From: Candidatus Palauibacter sp.
Lineage (GTDB): Bacteria > Gemmatimonadota > Gemmatimonadetes > Palauibacterales > Palauibacteraceae
NCBI RefSeq assembly: GCF_965222475.1
Contig: NZ_CBDCUB010000008.1
Span: forward strand, 619,020-683,019
Length of the DNA: 64,000 bases
Direction: 5' to 3'
Positions 44,190-54,955 of this stretch are shown piece by piece (position 1 is the first letter of the stretch; each line of letters starts with the position of its first letter). The notes below the pieces were generated by a model that had not been told where the DNA came from, did no database searches, and worked only from the letters and a program-made list of their open reading frames with translations. The position numbers and the translations under genes are program-made.

Positions 44190-47100
44190 ATGCTGTTTGA
44201 CTTGTCAGGAGGGCGGAAGCGCGTGAGCGCGCTGGCCGCCACCGCAGTGAGCGCCTGGCTCTTTATCGGTGCGGCTCCGCTGCTCGCCCAGGGGGCGGTG
44301 TCGGGGACGGTGACCGACGCGGAGTCGCTCGCCCCGGTAGCGGGCGCTCAGGTGTTCGTAGCGGGTACGGTGATCGGCACGCTGTCGGGCCCGGAGGGCA
44401 CGTACCGCCTCGAGGGCGTGCCCGCGGGCCAACAGACGGTGAGCGTGCGTCTGATCGGCTATCGCGAGCTCTCTCAGACGGTGACGGTCCAGTCGGGGCA
44501 GGTGGCCACGGCGGACTTCTCCGTGGAGCAGACGGCGCTGCGGATTCAGGACATCGTGGTCACGGGGGTGGTCGGCGAGACGCCGCAGGTGAAGCTCCCG
44601 TTCACGGTGGAGCGTCTCTCGGCGCAGGACTTTCCGGTCCCGGCGGCCGATGTCTCTTCGCTGCTGACCGCGAAGGCGGCGGGCGTATCCGTGGTTTCCG
44701 GTTCGGGCCAGCCCGGCGCGGAGGCTTCGGTCCTGCTGCGCGGCCCGACCTCGATCAACTCGTCCGGCCGCTCGCTGGGACCGCTGATCGTGATCGACGG
44801 CGTGATCCAGTCCGAGAGCGCGACGCTCTCCGACGTGGGCGCGCTGGATGTCGACCACGTGGAGATCGTGAAGGGCGCGGCGGCGGCGTCGCTGTACGGC
44901 TCGCGCGCGCAGAACGGCGTGATCCAGATCACGACGAAGCGCGGCACGGGTCTGCAGACGAACTCGCTCAACATCCTCGTGCGAGGCGAATACGGGATGG
45001 GCCAGCTCGTCGGCGACGTCGGACTGACACGCTCGCATCCGTACCTGATGAACTCGTCCGGGACGAAGTTCATCGACTCCGACGGGAACGAGGTGGACTT
45101 CACCGACCTGAGCCGCCCCGGTTTCGGAGCCCCGGTCCTCGCGAACCAGATCAACCCGGACGAGACGGGCGATTCCTTTACGTCGTTCGCGAACCAGGCT
45201 TTCCCGCACGAGCTGTTCGACCACATGGACACGTTCTTCGATCCGGGCGAGACGACGGACGTCTACGGGGCGGTGACGGGCCGCTTCGGCGAGTCGAGCT
45301 TCCGGGTGAGCGTGGACCAGTTCATGGAGGGCGGCGTCGTGCGCTGCGCACCGTGTATCGACAACCTCGCCTCGCTCAACACCGACCGGGTCGCCCAGGG
45401 GCTGACCGCCTTCGACGTGGGGCTTCCGGATGATGACGGCTACAACCGGCAGAACGTGCGCCTGAACGTGGACACGCGCTTCGGCGACCTGGACATCGCG
45501 GCGAGCGGCTTCTACTCGCGTGCGAACCAGGATGACAAGGCCGTGGCGAACAGCGCCTTCAGCCAGCTGACCTTCGCGTCTCCCGCGGTCGACCTCACGC
45601 AGATCGATCCGACGGACGGCTACCCGCTCATCGATGCCGACACGCAGTCGATCTCGTCCAATCCGCTGTACCTGCTCGCGGTCGTCGACAGCCGCGACAA
45701 GCGGACGCGGACGATGGGCTCGGTGGACCTCAACTACTCGCCGACGGGACTCGACTGGCTGACGCTCGAGGCGAACGCCTCGTTCGACCGCACGGACTTC
45801 TACGACTACACGCTCTTTCCGAAGAACGAGAAGACGCGAGAGGGACCGACCGGCGGCAGCCTGCGCGAGTACAACTACACCGATGAGGCGATCAACGCCT
45901 CGGTGACGCTCGGCGCCAGTCAGACCTTCATGGACGGCAATCTGACCGCCCGCGGGAAGGTCCGCTACCTGATCGAGGACCAGGCCTTCGGTGCGAACGG
46001 CGTGTTCGGAAGCCAGTTCTCGGTGCAGGACGTGCCGAACTTCGGCGCGATCATCGGCGCGACGACCGGGAACAACCAGGTCCGCGAGATCAAGGCGGAG
46101 GGTCTGTTCGGGATCGCGAGCGTGGACTACCGCGGCCGTTACATCCTCGACGGTCTGATCCGTCGCGACGGCTCCTCGCTGTTCGGGCCGGACGAGCGCT
46201 GGCAGACATACTACCGGGGCTCGGTCGCGTGGCGGATCGCGCAGGAGGACTTCTGGAACATCGACGCGATCGACGAGTTCAAGCTGCGCTTCTCGCTGGG
46301 GACGGCGGGCGGCCGGCCGAACTTCTTCGCCCAGTATGAAACGTTCGGTATTCAGGGCGGCGCGATCTTCCCGGTCAACCTCGGGAACACGGCGTTGAAG
46401 CCGGAGTTCACGACGGAACGCGAGGCCGGGATGAACTTCGTGTTCTTCGACAATCTGGGTCTCGACCTGACGTACGCCTGGCAGACGACGGACGACCAGT
46501 TGCTCCGGGTGCCACAGCCGGCGTTCGTGGGTTTCTCGAGCCAGTGGCAGAACGCGGGCGCGATCGCGGCGCAGACGTACGAGGCGTCGCTCCGCTACGC
46601 GCCGATCGACACGCAGGACATGGGCCTGCAGTTCCGCGTGAACTGGGATCGGACCCGGCAGGAGATCACGCGGCTGGACGTACCCCCTTACCAGCAGGGG
46701 ACGTTCTTCGTCGCCGAGGGTCGCCCGCTGGGCGAGATGTGGGGCCATGTGCTGGCGAGGACATGCTCGGACCTTTCGCCGATCGGCGTCTCGGCCTCGG
46801 ACTGCAACGCGAACTTCCGGGTGAACGACGACGGGCTGCTCGTATGGACGGGCGGCGCCGATTTCACCGAGGGGTTCAGCAGCCGTCTGTGGGGCACCAC
46901 GGGCGACGTGACCACGGACACCGGTGACCAGTCCTTCGGCTGGGGCCTCCCGGTCAAGGTTCTGGACTACTCGCCGGCTTGTGTGGCGAAGAACCCGTCC
47001 AACTTCACGGACAAGTGCCAGCTCACGGACATCCTGCCGTTCGGGAACACGACGCCGGACTTCAACGTTTCCTTCGGATCGAACTTCCGGTACAAGAGCC

Positions 47101-47555
47101 TGAACGTGAACGCCCTGGTCGAGTCGTCGATGGGCCACTCGATCTACAACAACACGGCGCAGTGGTCCCTTCGGGATGACCGCGGCGAGGATGTGGACCA
47201 GACGGGCAAGCCGCTCGAGTTCAACAAGTCCATCGGGTACGTGGCGGGGGTCTACCTGTCGAACAACGACAACGACTGGTTCCGCGAGGACGGCGACTGG
47301 ATCAAGATTCGCGAGTTGTCGGTCGGCTACACGCTGCCCGAGTCGATGATGGGAAGCCTGTTCGGCGACGTGTTCGACCGGATCACGCTGAACCTCATCG
47401 GCCGCAACCTCCTCACGATCACCGATTACCGGGGATACGATCCCGAGGTCGGACGATCCGGCGGGGAAATCGCAAGTTCGACGCTGCAGAGATACGACAA
47501 CTTCGGCTATCCGAACTTCCGGACGTTCACCTTCTCGGCCGAACTGGTCTTCTGA
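44190..47555 (+). CDS. SusC/RagA-like TonB-dependent outer-membrane receptor, copy 2
   Basis: 1121 aa. The first about 75 codons are nearly identical at nucleotide level to copies 1 and 3; same domain order. Confidence 0.85.
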   Translation: MLFDLSGGRKRVSALAATAVSAWLFIGAAPLLAQGAVSGTVTDAESLAPVAGAQVFVAGTVIGTLSGPEGTYRLEGVPAGQQTVSVRLIGYRELSQTVTVQSGQVATADFSVEQTALRIQDIVVTGVVGETPQVKLPFTVERLSAQDFPVPAADVSSLLTAKAAGVSVVSGSGQPGAEASVLLRGPTSINSSGRSLGPLIVIDGVIQSESATLSDVGALDVDHVEIVKGAAAASLYGSRAQNGVIQITTKRGTGLQTNSLNILVRGEYGMGQLVGDVGLTRSHPYLMNSSGTKFIDSDGNEVDFTDLSRPGFGAPVLANQINPDETGDSFTSFANQAFPHELFDHMDTFFDPGETTDVYGAVTGRFGESSFRVSVDQFMEGGVVRCAPCIDNLASLNTDRVAQGLTAFDVGLPDDDGYNRQNVRLNVDTRFGDLDIAASGFYSRANQDDKAVANSAFSQLTFASPAVDLTQIDPTDGYPLIDADTQSISSNPLYLLAVVDSRDKRTRTMGSVDLNYSPTGLDWLTLEANASFDRTDFYDYTLFPKNEKTREGPTGGSLREYNYTDEAINASVTLGASQTFMDGNLTARGKVRYLIEDQAFGANGVFGSQFSVQDVPNFGAIIGATTGNNQVREIKAEGLFGIASVDYRGRYILDGLIRRDGSSLFGPDERWQTYYRGSVAWRIAQEDFWNIDAIDEFKLRFSLGTAGGRPNFFAQYETFGIQGGAIFPVNLGNTALKPEFTTEREAGMNFVFFDNLGLDLTYAWQTTDDQLLRVPQPAFVGFSSQWQNAGAIAAQTYEASLRYAPIDTQDMGLQFRVNWDRTRQEITRLDVPPYQQGTFFVAEGRPLGEMWGHVLARTCSDLSPIGVSASDCNANFRVNDDGLLVWTGGADFTEGFSSRLWGTTGDVTTDTGDQSFGWGLPVKVLDYSPACVAKNPSNFTDKCQLTDILPFGNTTPDFNVSFGSNFRYKSLNVNALVESSMGHSIYNNTAQWSLRDDRGEDVDQTGKPLEFNKSIGYVAGVYLSNNDNDWFREDGDWIKIRELSVGYTLPESMMGSLFGDVFDRITLNLIGRNLLTITDYRGYDPEVGRSGGEIASSTLQRYDNFGYPNFRTFTFSAELVF

Positions 47556-47660
47556 CCGTCCTGCCGTCGTGGGTCGGCCAACCTCGTCGCGACGGGGCGG
47601 CTCCGGCCCGCGGCCCGGGAGAATGGAGCCGAAGATCATGATCGAACTAATGGAGGGACC

Positions 47661-49388
47661 ATGAAGAGGAAGCTGACACTTCCGGCCTTTGCGCTGGCGC
47701 TCGTGGTCGGCTTTTCGGGCTGTGACCTGCAGGTCAGCAACCCGAACCAGCCGGACCGGGGGCGCGCGCTGGCCAGCCCGGACGACGTGGAGTCGCTCAT
47801 CGCGAGCACCTATCAGCAGGTCTGGGCGATGGGACACTACTGGAACAACGCGAACTTCGCGTTCAACCACATGTCGAGCCGGCATACGGCGACGTGGGGC
47901 AACAACGGGCAGAACGACCTCGGTCGCGAGCCCCGCGAGCCGATGCCGAACTCGACCTCGTATCGCTGGTCGTATGTGTTCTCGGAGCACTGGCAGGACG
48001 CCTACGGCGGCATCTCGGCCGCTTCGGACGGGGTCCGGGCCATCGACGAGGGGCTGGAGATCGGCCCCGGCGGCGAACGGAACGCGCGGGCGCGCGCCTT
48101 CGCCGTCGCGAGCCAGGCCATGCTGAGCTGCCTGCTTTCGCTCTGGTACGACCAGGCCTTCATCGTCGACGAGACGACGGACCTCACCGGCGAACTCGAG
48201 ACGGTCGACTACAACGCCATGTTCGCCTACGCGATGGGCAAGCTGGACGAAGCGGAGTCCGCCACGCGGGCGGCATCGTTCAGCATCGAGGATGCGTGGA
48301 TCAACGGGAACCCGTGGAGCAACCAGGAGCTCGCCGACTATCTGGTGAGCTGGAAGGCGCGCTGCGCCGCCAATCTGCCGCGGACCGATGCGGAGGCGGC
48401 GGGAGCGAACTGGAGCCAGATCATCGCGAACGCGCGTAGCGGCATGCAGAACGTCGTCGTGATCGGCGAAGACCGTTCGTCGGACACCTCCTGGTTCGAC
48501 GACCTGAAGGCGAAGGCGCAGCAGAACGGCACCTGGCACCGCATGCACATGGACTGGGTCGGCATGGCGGACCAGAGCGGCGAGTATCAGGACTGGCTCT
48601 CGCTCCCGACTCAGAGCCGGACCGCGCGCAAGATGACCTTCGGCGATGACAAGCGCTTCCCGCCCGTCAACGAGGACGGAACACTCGGGGAGAGCGTGAG
48701 TCCCACGGCCGCGTCCACGGGCCCGCGCCATCGCTACAACGCGAACATCATCTTCATCGCCTCGCGGGGGACGTATCGGCAGTCGCACTACGGCGACGCG
48801 CGGTACGATCACTACACCCTGAGCTGCAACTTCTGCGAGTCCGGGGACATGGAGGAGATGACCGGGCAGGAGTTGAGCCACTACATCGCCGAGGGCCTCT
48901 ACCGGATGGGGGACTTCGGGGGTGCGGCGGACATCATCAACGTGACCCGGATGGAGGCCGGACTGCCGCCGGCGCCGTCGAACCCGACGGATCCGGTGCC
49001 GTCGAACGGGGCGGGCGAATGCACGCCGCGCAAGCGGTACGACGTGCGGGGACGCTGCGGCAACCTGCGCGACGCGCTGTGGTTCGAGCACTTCGAGAAC
49101 GTGTTCAACGTGTTCGGTGGGCTGGAGTTCTTCCACGGCCGCCGCAACGACATCCTCCCGACGGGGACGGCGCTGCAGCTACCCATGCCGGCCGCGGACC
49201 TCGAGGTGCTGCAGCGGGACATCTACACCTTCGGCGGAAGCGCCGGCGGCGGAGCGGCGAATCCGACGCCTCCGTCGATCGTCCCGGGCAGCCTCGACGC
49301 CGCGCTGGAGCGGGCGGCCTTCTCGCTGTATCGCCTCCGGGCGCGGCAGAAAGCCGCGCGCGCGAACCAGGACCTCGTGGTCCGCTAG
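47661..49388 (+). CDS. SusD/RagB-like outer-membrane lipoprotein, copy 2
   Basis: MKRKLTLPAFALALVVGFSGCDLQ…; paralog of copies 1 and 3. Confidence 0.65.
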   Translation: MKRKLTLPAFALALVVGFSGCDLQVSNPNQPDRGRALASPDDVESLIASTYQQVWAMGHYWNNANFAFNHMSSRHTATWGNNGQNDLGREPREPMPNSTSYRWSYVFSEHWQDAYGGISAASDGVRAIDEGLEIGPGGERNARARAFAVASQAMLSCLLSLWYDQAFIVDETTDLTGELETVDYNAMFAYAMGKLDEAESATRAASFSIEDAWINGNPWSNQELADYLVSWKARCAANLPRTDAEAAGANWSQIIANARSGMQNVVVIGEDRSSDTSWFDDLKAKAQQNGTWHRMHMDWVGMADQSGEYQDWLSLPTQSRTARKMTFGDDKRFPPVNEDGTLGESVSPTAASTGPRHRYNANIIFIASRGTYRQSHYGDARYDHYTLSCNFCESGDMEEMTGQELSHYIAEGLYRMGDFGGAADIINVTRMEAGLPPAPSNPTDPVPSNGAGECTPRKRYDVRGRCGNLRDALWFEHFENVFNVFGGLEFFHGRRNDILPTGTALQLPMPAADLEVLQRDIYTFGGSAGGGAANPTPPSIVPGSLDAALERAAFSLYRLRARQKAARANQDLVVR

Positions 49389-49628
49389 TTGGAATTCGGG
49401 ACCTCGGCAGGCTTGGGGGGCGTGAGCCCCCCGCCCTGTCGCGGGGCGGATATCGTGGCCATGTTTGATCGGCAGGACGCGGCGGACGACACTTTTCGCT
49501 GTGCCGAGTGTCACGATTACGAGGTCACGGATCGTTTAATTTAATATGGAGCGTGGTGCCGGGTTCCCTGGAGGGGTTGGGGGCCATGAAGGTTGTCTCT
49601 CTACATACGTATCTCGGAGGAAGTCGTA

Positions 49629-49681
49629 CGCACCTCCTCGTCACGCCCCATGCGGGCGATGACGAAGGGTGCGTTTTTTTG
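49629..49681 (+). terminator. hairpin plus T7 run between susD-like copy 2 and susC-like copy 3
   Basis: CGCACCTCCTCGTCACGCCCCATGCGGGCGATGACGAAGGGTGCG followed by TTTTTTT. An analogous gggtgcgttttttt lies at about 44067-44082 upstream of copy 2. Confidence 0.45.
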
Positions 49682-49705
49682 TCCCGCTGGCACAGGAGGT
49701 GATTC

Positions 49706-52700
49706 ATGTTGTCTGACTTGTCCGGAAGGCGGAGGCGCGTGAGCGCGCTGGCCGCCACCGCAGTGAGCGCCTGGCTCTTTATCGGCGCGGCTCCGCTGCT
49801 CGCCCAGGGGGCGGTGTCGGGGACGGTGACCGACGCGGAGTCGCTCGCCCCGGTAGCGGGCGCGCAGATGTTCGTAGCGGGTACGGTGATCGGCACGCTG
49901 TCGGGCCCGGAGGGCACGTACCGCATGGAAGGGGTGCCGGCGGGCGAGCAGACGGTGACGGTGCGTCTGATCGGCTATCGCGAGCTCTCTCAGACGGTGA
50001 CGGTCCAGTCGGGGCAGGTGGCCACGGCGGACTTCTCGGTGCAGCAGACGGCGCTGCGGATTCAGGACATCGTGGTCACGGGGGTGGTCGGCGAGACGCC
50101 GCAGGTGAAGCTCCCGTTCACGGTGGAGCGTCTGTCGGCGCAGGACATCCCGGTCCCGGCCGCGGACGCCTCTTCGCTGCTGGCGGGCAAGGCGGCGGGC
50201 GTATCGGTGGTTTCCGGCTCGGGCCAGCCCGGCCAGGCGGCGGGGATCCTGCTCCGCGGCCCGACCTCGATCAACTCGTCCGGCCGCAGCATGCAGCCTC
50301 TGATCGTGATCGACGGCGTGATCCAGTCCGAGAGCGCCACGCTCGCCGACGTGGGCGCGCTGGATGTCGACCATGTGGAGATCGTGAAGGGCGCGGCGGC
50401 GGCGTCGCTGTACGGCTCGCGTGCGCAGAACGGCGTGATCCAGATCACGACGAAGCGCGGCACGGGTCTGCAGACGAACTCGCTGAACATCCTGGCCCGG
50501 GGCGAGTACGGGATGGGCCAGCTCGTCGGCGACATCGGTCTTGTGCAGTCGCACCCGTACACGATGAACGCGGCCGGGACGAAGTTCATCGACACCGATG
50601 GGAACGAGGTCGACTTCCGCGACCTCAATCGCCAGGGTTTCGGTTCTGCGCTCCTCTACAACCAGATCAACGTCGGCGAGCCCGGCACGACGTCGACGGC
50701 GTTCGCGAACCAGGCCTTCCCCGGCGAGCTGCTCGACCACATGGACACGTTCTTCGATCCGGGCGAGACGATGGACATCTACGGGGCGGTGACAGGCCGC
50801 TTCGGCGAGTCGAGCTTCCGGGTGAGCGTGGACCAGTTCCGCGAGGCCGGCGTGGTGCGCTGCTCGGCGTGCATCGAGAACCTCGCCGACCTCAATTCGG
50901 ACCGCGTCGCGCAGGGGCTGACCGCCTTTGACGTCGGCGTGCCCGACGACGAGGGCTACCAGCGGCAGAACGTGCGGCTCAACGTGGACACGCGCTTCGG
51001 CGACCTGGACATCGCGGCGAGCGGCTTCTACTCGCGCGCCGACCAGGACGACAAGGCCGTCGCTACGAGCGCCTTTGCGCGGCTCACCTTCGTCTCTCCG
51101 GCGATCGATATCTCGGGCATCGATCCGTTCGACGGATACCCCGACATCGACGCGGACCCGCAGTCGATCGAGGCCAACCCGCTCTACCTGCTGGCGGTCA
51201 ACGACAGCCGGGACAAGCGGACGCGGACGATGGGTTCGGTGGACCTCAACTACTCGCCCACGGGGCTCGACTGGCTGACGCTCGAGGCGAACGCCTCGTT
51301 CGACCGCACGGACTTCCGCGACTACAGGATCCGGCCCAAGAACGAGCGCACCTCCGCCGCCAGCGGCACGGGGGAGGTCACCGGCGGCAGCCTGAGGGAG
51401 TTCAACTTCACGGACGAGGCGATCAACGCCTCGGTGACGCTCGGCGCGAGCCAGGCGTTCATGGACGGCGATCTCACGGCCCGCGGGAAGGTCCGCTACC
51501 TGATCGAGGACCAGAGCTTCGGCTCGAACGGCGTGTTCGGGAGCCGCTTCTCGGTGCAGGACGTGCCGAACTTCGGCGCGATCATCGGTGAGACGAGCGG
51601 GAACAACCAGGTCCGTTCGATCAAGGCGGAGGGGCTGTTCGGGATCGCGAGCGTGGACTACCGCGGCCGCTACATCCTCGACGGTCTGATCCGTCGCGAC
51701 GGCTCCTCGCTGTTCGGCCCGGACGAGCGCTGGCAGACGTACTACCGGGGCTCGGTCGCGTGGCGGATCGCGCAGGAGGACTTCTGGAACATCGACGCGA
51801 TCGATGAGTTCAAGCTGCGCTTCTCGCTGGGGACGGCGGGCGGCCGGCCCAACTTCTTCGCCCAGTACGAGACGTTCGGCGTCTCGGCGGGCGCGATCTT
51901 CCCGATCAACCTCGGGAACCGGGCGTTGAAGCCGGAGTTCACGACCGAGCGCGAGGCGGGGATGAACTTCGTGTTCTTCGAGAACCTCGGGCTCGACCTC
52001 ACCTACGCGTGGCAGACGACGGACGACCAGCTGCTGCTCGTCCCGCAGCCGGCGTTCGTGGGCTTCTCGAACCAGTGGCAGAACGCGGGCGCGATCTCGG
52101 CTCAGACGTACGAGGTGTCGCTCCGCTACGCGCCGATCGACGAACAGGACGTGGGCCTGCAGTTCCGCGTTAACTGGGACAAGACGAAGCAGGAGGTCAC
52201 GCGGCTGGACGTCCCGGACTTCACGCAGGGGACGTTCTTCGTCTCCGAGGGTCGTCCGCTGGGCGAGCTGTGGGGTGAAGTGCTGGCCACGAGCTGCGAG
52301 CAGCTCGCGCCGGTCGGTATCTCCGCCTCCACCTGCGCCTCGAACTTCCAGGTGAACGACGACGGGCTGCTCGTGCCGACGGGCAGTTCCGATTTCACCG
52401 ATGGGTTCAGCAGCGGCCTCTGGGGCACGACCGTCACGGTGGACGCCGAGGAAGGGGAGCGAACGTATCCCTGGGGGCACCCGATCTACGTGCAGGACCG
52501 TTCGCCGGCATGTGTGGCGAAAAACCCCACGGACTACATGGACAAGTGCCGCCTCAGCGAGTTCCTGCCCTACGGGAACACGACGCCGGACTTCAACGCC
52601 TCGTTCGCGACGAACTTCCGGTACAAGGGCCTGAGCCTGAACGCCCTCCTCGAGTCGTCCGTGGGTCACAAGGTCTACAACAACACGGCGCAGTGGGCGC

Positions 52701-53086
52701 TGCGCGAGCTGCGCGGCGAGGACGTGGACCAGACGGGCAAGCCGCTCGAGCACAACAAGCCGACCGGATACGCCTCGGTCATCTACAACGTCGGCTCGGA
52801 CAACTCCTGGTTCGCCGAGGATGGGGACTGGCTCAAGATCCGTGAGCTGTCGCTCGGCTACACGCTGCCGCAGGGGATGATCGAAGGCCTGTTCGGGGGC
52901 GTGTTCGACCGGGTCACGCTGAACCTGATCGGTCGCAACCTGATCACCCTCACCGGCTACCGCGGCTACGACCCAGAGGTCGGCCGGAGCGGTGGATCGT
53001 TGGGGAGCGAGACCCTCAACCGCGTGGACAGCTTCGGGTATCCGAACTTCCGCACCTTCACTTTCTCGGCGGAACTGGTCTTCTGA
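49706..53086 (+). CDS. SusC/RagA-like TonB-dependent outer-membrane receptor, copy 3
   Basis: 1126 aa; about 85% identical to copy 1, with divergence in discrete patches. Confidence 0.85.
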   Translation: MLSDLSGRRRRVSALAATAVSAWLFIGAAPLLAQGAVSGTVTDAESLAPVAGAQMFVAGTVIGTLSGPEGTYRMEGVPAGEQTVTVRLIGYRELSQTVTVQSGQVATADFSVQQTALRIQDIVVTGVVGETPQVKLPFTVERLSAQDIPVPAADASSLLAGKAAGVSVVSGSGQPGQAAGILLRGPTSINSSGRSMQPLIVIDGVIQSESATLADVGALDVDHVEIVKGAAAASLYGSRAQNGVIQITTKRGTGLQTNSLNILARGEYGMGQLVGDIGLVQSHPYTMNAAGTKFIDTDGNEVDFRDLNRQGFGSALLYNQINVGEPGTTSTAFANQAFPGELLDHMDTFFDPGETMDIYGAVTGRFGESSFRVSVDQFREAGVVRCSACIENLADLNSDRVAQGLTAFDVGVPDDEGYQRQNVRLNVDTRFGDLDIAASGFYSRADQDDKAVATSAFARLTFVSPAIDISGIDPFDGYPDIDADPQSIEANPLYLLAVNDSRDKRTRTMGSVDLNYSPTGLDWLTLEANASFDRTDFRDYRIRPKNERTSAASGTGEVTGGSLREFNFTDEAINASVTLGASQAFMDGDLTARGKVRYLIEDQSFGSNGVFGSRFSVQDVPNFGAIIGETSGNNQVRSIKAEGLFGIASVDYRGRYILDGLIRRDGSSLFGPDERWQTYYRGSVAWRIAQEDFWNIDAIDEFKLRFSLGTAGGRPNFFAQYETFGVSAGAIFPINLGNRALKPEFTTEREAGMNFVFFENLGLDLTYAWQTTDDQLLLVPQPAFVGFSNQWQNAGAISAQTYEVSLRYAPIDEQDVGLQFRVNWDKTKQEVTRLDVPDFTQGTFFVSEGRPLGELWGEVLATSCEQLAPVGISASTCASNFQVNDDGLLVPTGSSDFTDGFSSGLWGTTVTVDAEEGERTYPWGHPIYVQDRSPACVAKNPTDYMDKCRLSEFLPYGNTTPDFNASFATNFRYKGLSLNALLESSVGHKVYNNTAQWALRELRGEDVDQTGKPLEHNKPTGYASVIYNVGSDNSWFAEDGDWLKIRELSLGYTLPQGMIEGLFGGVFDRVTLNLIGRNLITLTGYRGYDPEVGRSGGSLGSETLNRVDSFGYPNFRTFTFSAELVF

Positions 53087-53131
53087 TCAGAGAGATCCAG
53101 ACTTGGGCAACGAAGGAAAAACGGAGGTACG

Positions 53132-54859
53132 ATGAAAAGGAAGCTGACACTACCGGCCCTCGCGCTGGCGCTCGGCTTTACGGGTTGCGACCTGCAGGTC
53201 GACAACCCGAACGAGCCGGACCGCGCGCGCGCGCTGGCCGGGCCGGACGATGTGGAGACGCTGATTTCGAGCTCCTTCCAGAAGGTGTGGGAGATCGGGC
53301 ACTACTGGACCAACCCGAACTTCGCCTTCAACCACATGTCGAGCCGTCACACGGCGACGTGGGGCAACATGGGGATGAACGACCTCGGCCGTGAGCCGCG
53401 GGAGCCCCTGCCGAACGCGGCGTCGTACAGCCCCTCCTACGTCTTCGAGGCGAACTGGGGCGATGCGTACGGCGGCATCTCGGCCGCCTCGGACGGGATC
53501 CGGGCCATCGACGAGGGTCTGGAGATCGGACCGGGCGGGGAGCGGAACGCGCGCGCGCGGGCCTTCGCCGTCGCGAGCCAGGCCATGCTGAGCTGCCTGC
53601 TCTCCATGTGGTACGACCAGGCGTTCATCGTGGACGAGACGGTCGATCTCGGCGGTGAACTCGACACGGTCGACTACAACGCGGTCTTCGCGTACGCGAT
53701 GGGCAAGCTGGATGAAGCCGAGTCCGCGGTCCGGGCCGCGTCGTTCACGCTCCCGGAGACGTGGATCAACGGGAACGCGTGGAGCAACCAGGAGTTCGCC
53801 GACTATCTGGTGAGCTGGAAGGCGCGCTGCGCGGCGAACCTGCCGCGAACCGATGCCGAGGCGGCGGGCGCGAACTGGAGCCAGATCATCTCGAACGCCC
53901 AGAACGGCATGCGTGACGTCGTGGTGATCGGTGAAGACCGGTCGTCGGGCACGGCGTGGTGGGACGGTCTGAAGATCTTCGCGCAGGAGAACCGGACCTG
54001 GCACCGCATGCACATGGACTGGGTGGGCATGGCCGACCAGAGCGGCGAGTATCAGGACTGGCTCACCTTCCCCACGGAGCAGCGCACGGCGCGGAAGATG
54101 GCGTTCGGCGACGACCGGCGCTTCCCGGCGGTGAACGAGCACGGCACGCTCGGCGAGAGCGTGAGTCCCACGGCCGCCTCCACGGGTCCGGTGCACCGTT
54201 ACAACGCGACCGTGATCTTCCGGCCCGAACGCGGCACGTATCGTCAGTCGCACTACGGCGATGCCCGCTACGACCACTATACGCTCAGCTGCAGCCGGTG
54301 CGAGTTCGGCACCATGGAGCACATGACGTCGAACGAGTTCGAGCACTACATCGCCGAGGGTCACTACCGCATGGGCAACTTCGCGGGCGCCGCGGACATC
54401 ATCAACGTGACGCGGATGCAGGCGGGGCTGCCGCCCGCGCCGTCGAACCCGACGGACGCGGTGCCGTCGAACTCGGCGGGCGACTGCACGCCGCGCAAGC
54501 GGTACGACGTGCGGGGCCGCTGCGGCAACCTGCGCGACGCGATGTGGTTCGAGCACTTCGAGAACGTGTTCAACCTGTTCGGCGGGCTGGAGTTCTTCCA
54601 CGGGCGCCGCAACGACATCCTCCCGGCGGGGACGGCGCTGCAGCTGCCGATGCCGGCCGCGGACCTCGAAGTCCTGCAGCGGGACATCTACACATTCGGT
54701 GGCGGGGAGCCGAGTTCCGCGGGCGACCCGACGCCGCCGGCGATCGTGCCGGGAAGCCTGACCTCTGCGCTGGAGCGGGCGTCCTTCTCGCTCGAACGGC
54801 TGCGTGCGAGTCAGGCGGCCGCGCGCCGGGGCGGGCAAGCGACTCTGATCGTCCGCTAG
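53132..54859 (+). CDS. SusD/RagB-like outer-membrane lipoprotein, copy 3
   Basis: MKRKLTLPALALALGFTGCDLQ…; paralog of copies 1 and 2. Confidence 0.65.
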   Translation: MKRKLTLPALALALGFTGCDLQVDNPNEPDRARALAGPDDVETLISSSFQKVWEIGHYWTNPNFAFNHMSSRHTATWGNMGMNDLGREPREPLPNAASYSPSYVFEANWGDAYGGISAASDGIRAIDEGLEIGPGGERNARARAFAVASQAMLSCLLSMWYDQAFIVDETVDLGGELDTVDYNAVFAYAMGKLDEAESAVRAASFTLPETWINGNAWSNQEFADYLVSWKARCAANLPRTDAEAAGANWSQIISNAQNGMRDVVVIGEDRSSGTAWWDGLKIFAQENRTWHRMHMDWVGMADQSGEYQDWLTFPTEQRTARKMAFGDDRRFPAVNEHGTLGESVSPTAASTGPVHRYNATVIFRPERGTYRQSHYGDARYDHYTLSCSRCEFGTMEHMTSNEFEHYIAEGHYRMGNFAGAADIINVTRMQAGLPPAPSNPTDAVPSNSAGDCTPRKRYDVRGRCGNLRDAMWFEHFENVFNLFGGLEFFHGRRNDILPAGTALQLPMPAADLEVLQRDIYTFGGGEPSSAGDPTPPAIVPGSLTSALERASFSLERLRASQAAARRGGQATLIVR

Positions 54860-54914
54860 CCGTCCTCGGCGGGACGCCGCGTCCGGAGCCGCCTTCGGGC
54901 GAGTTCGGACCGAA

Positions 54915-54955
54915 GAGAGGCCACCGGGTTCGCCCGGTGGCCTCTTCTGTCTGTA
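54915..54955 (+). terminator. rho-independent terminator after the third susCD-like pair
   Basis: AGAGGCCACCGGG-ttcg-CCCGGTGGCCTCT, a perfect 13-bp stem, followed by TCTGTCTG. Confidence 0.6.
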
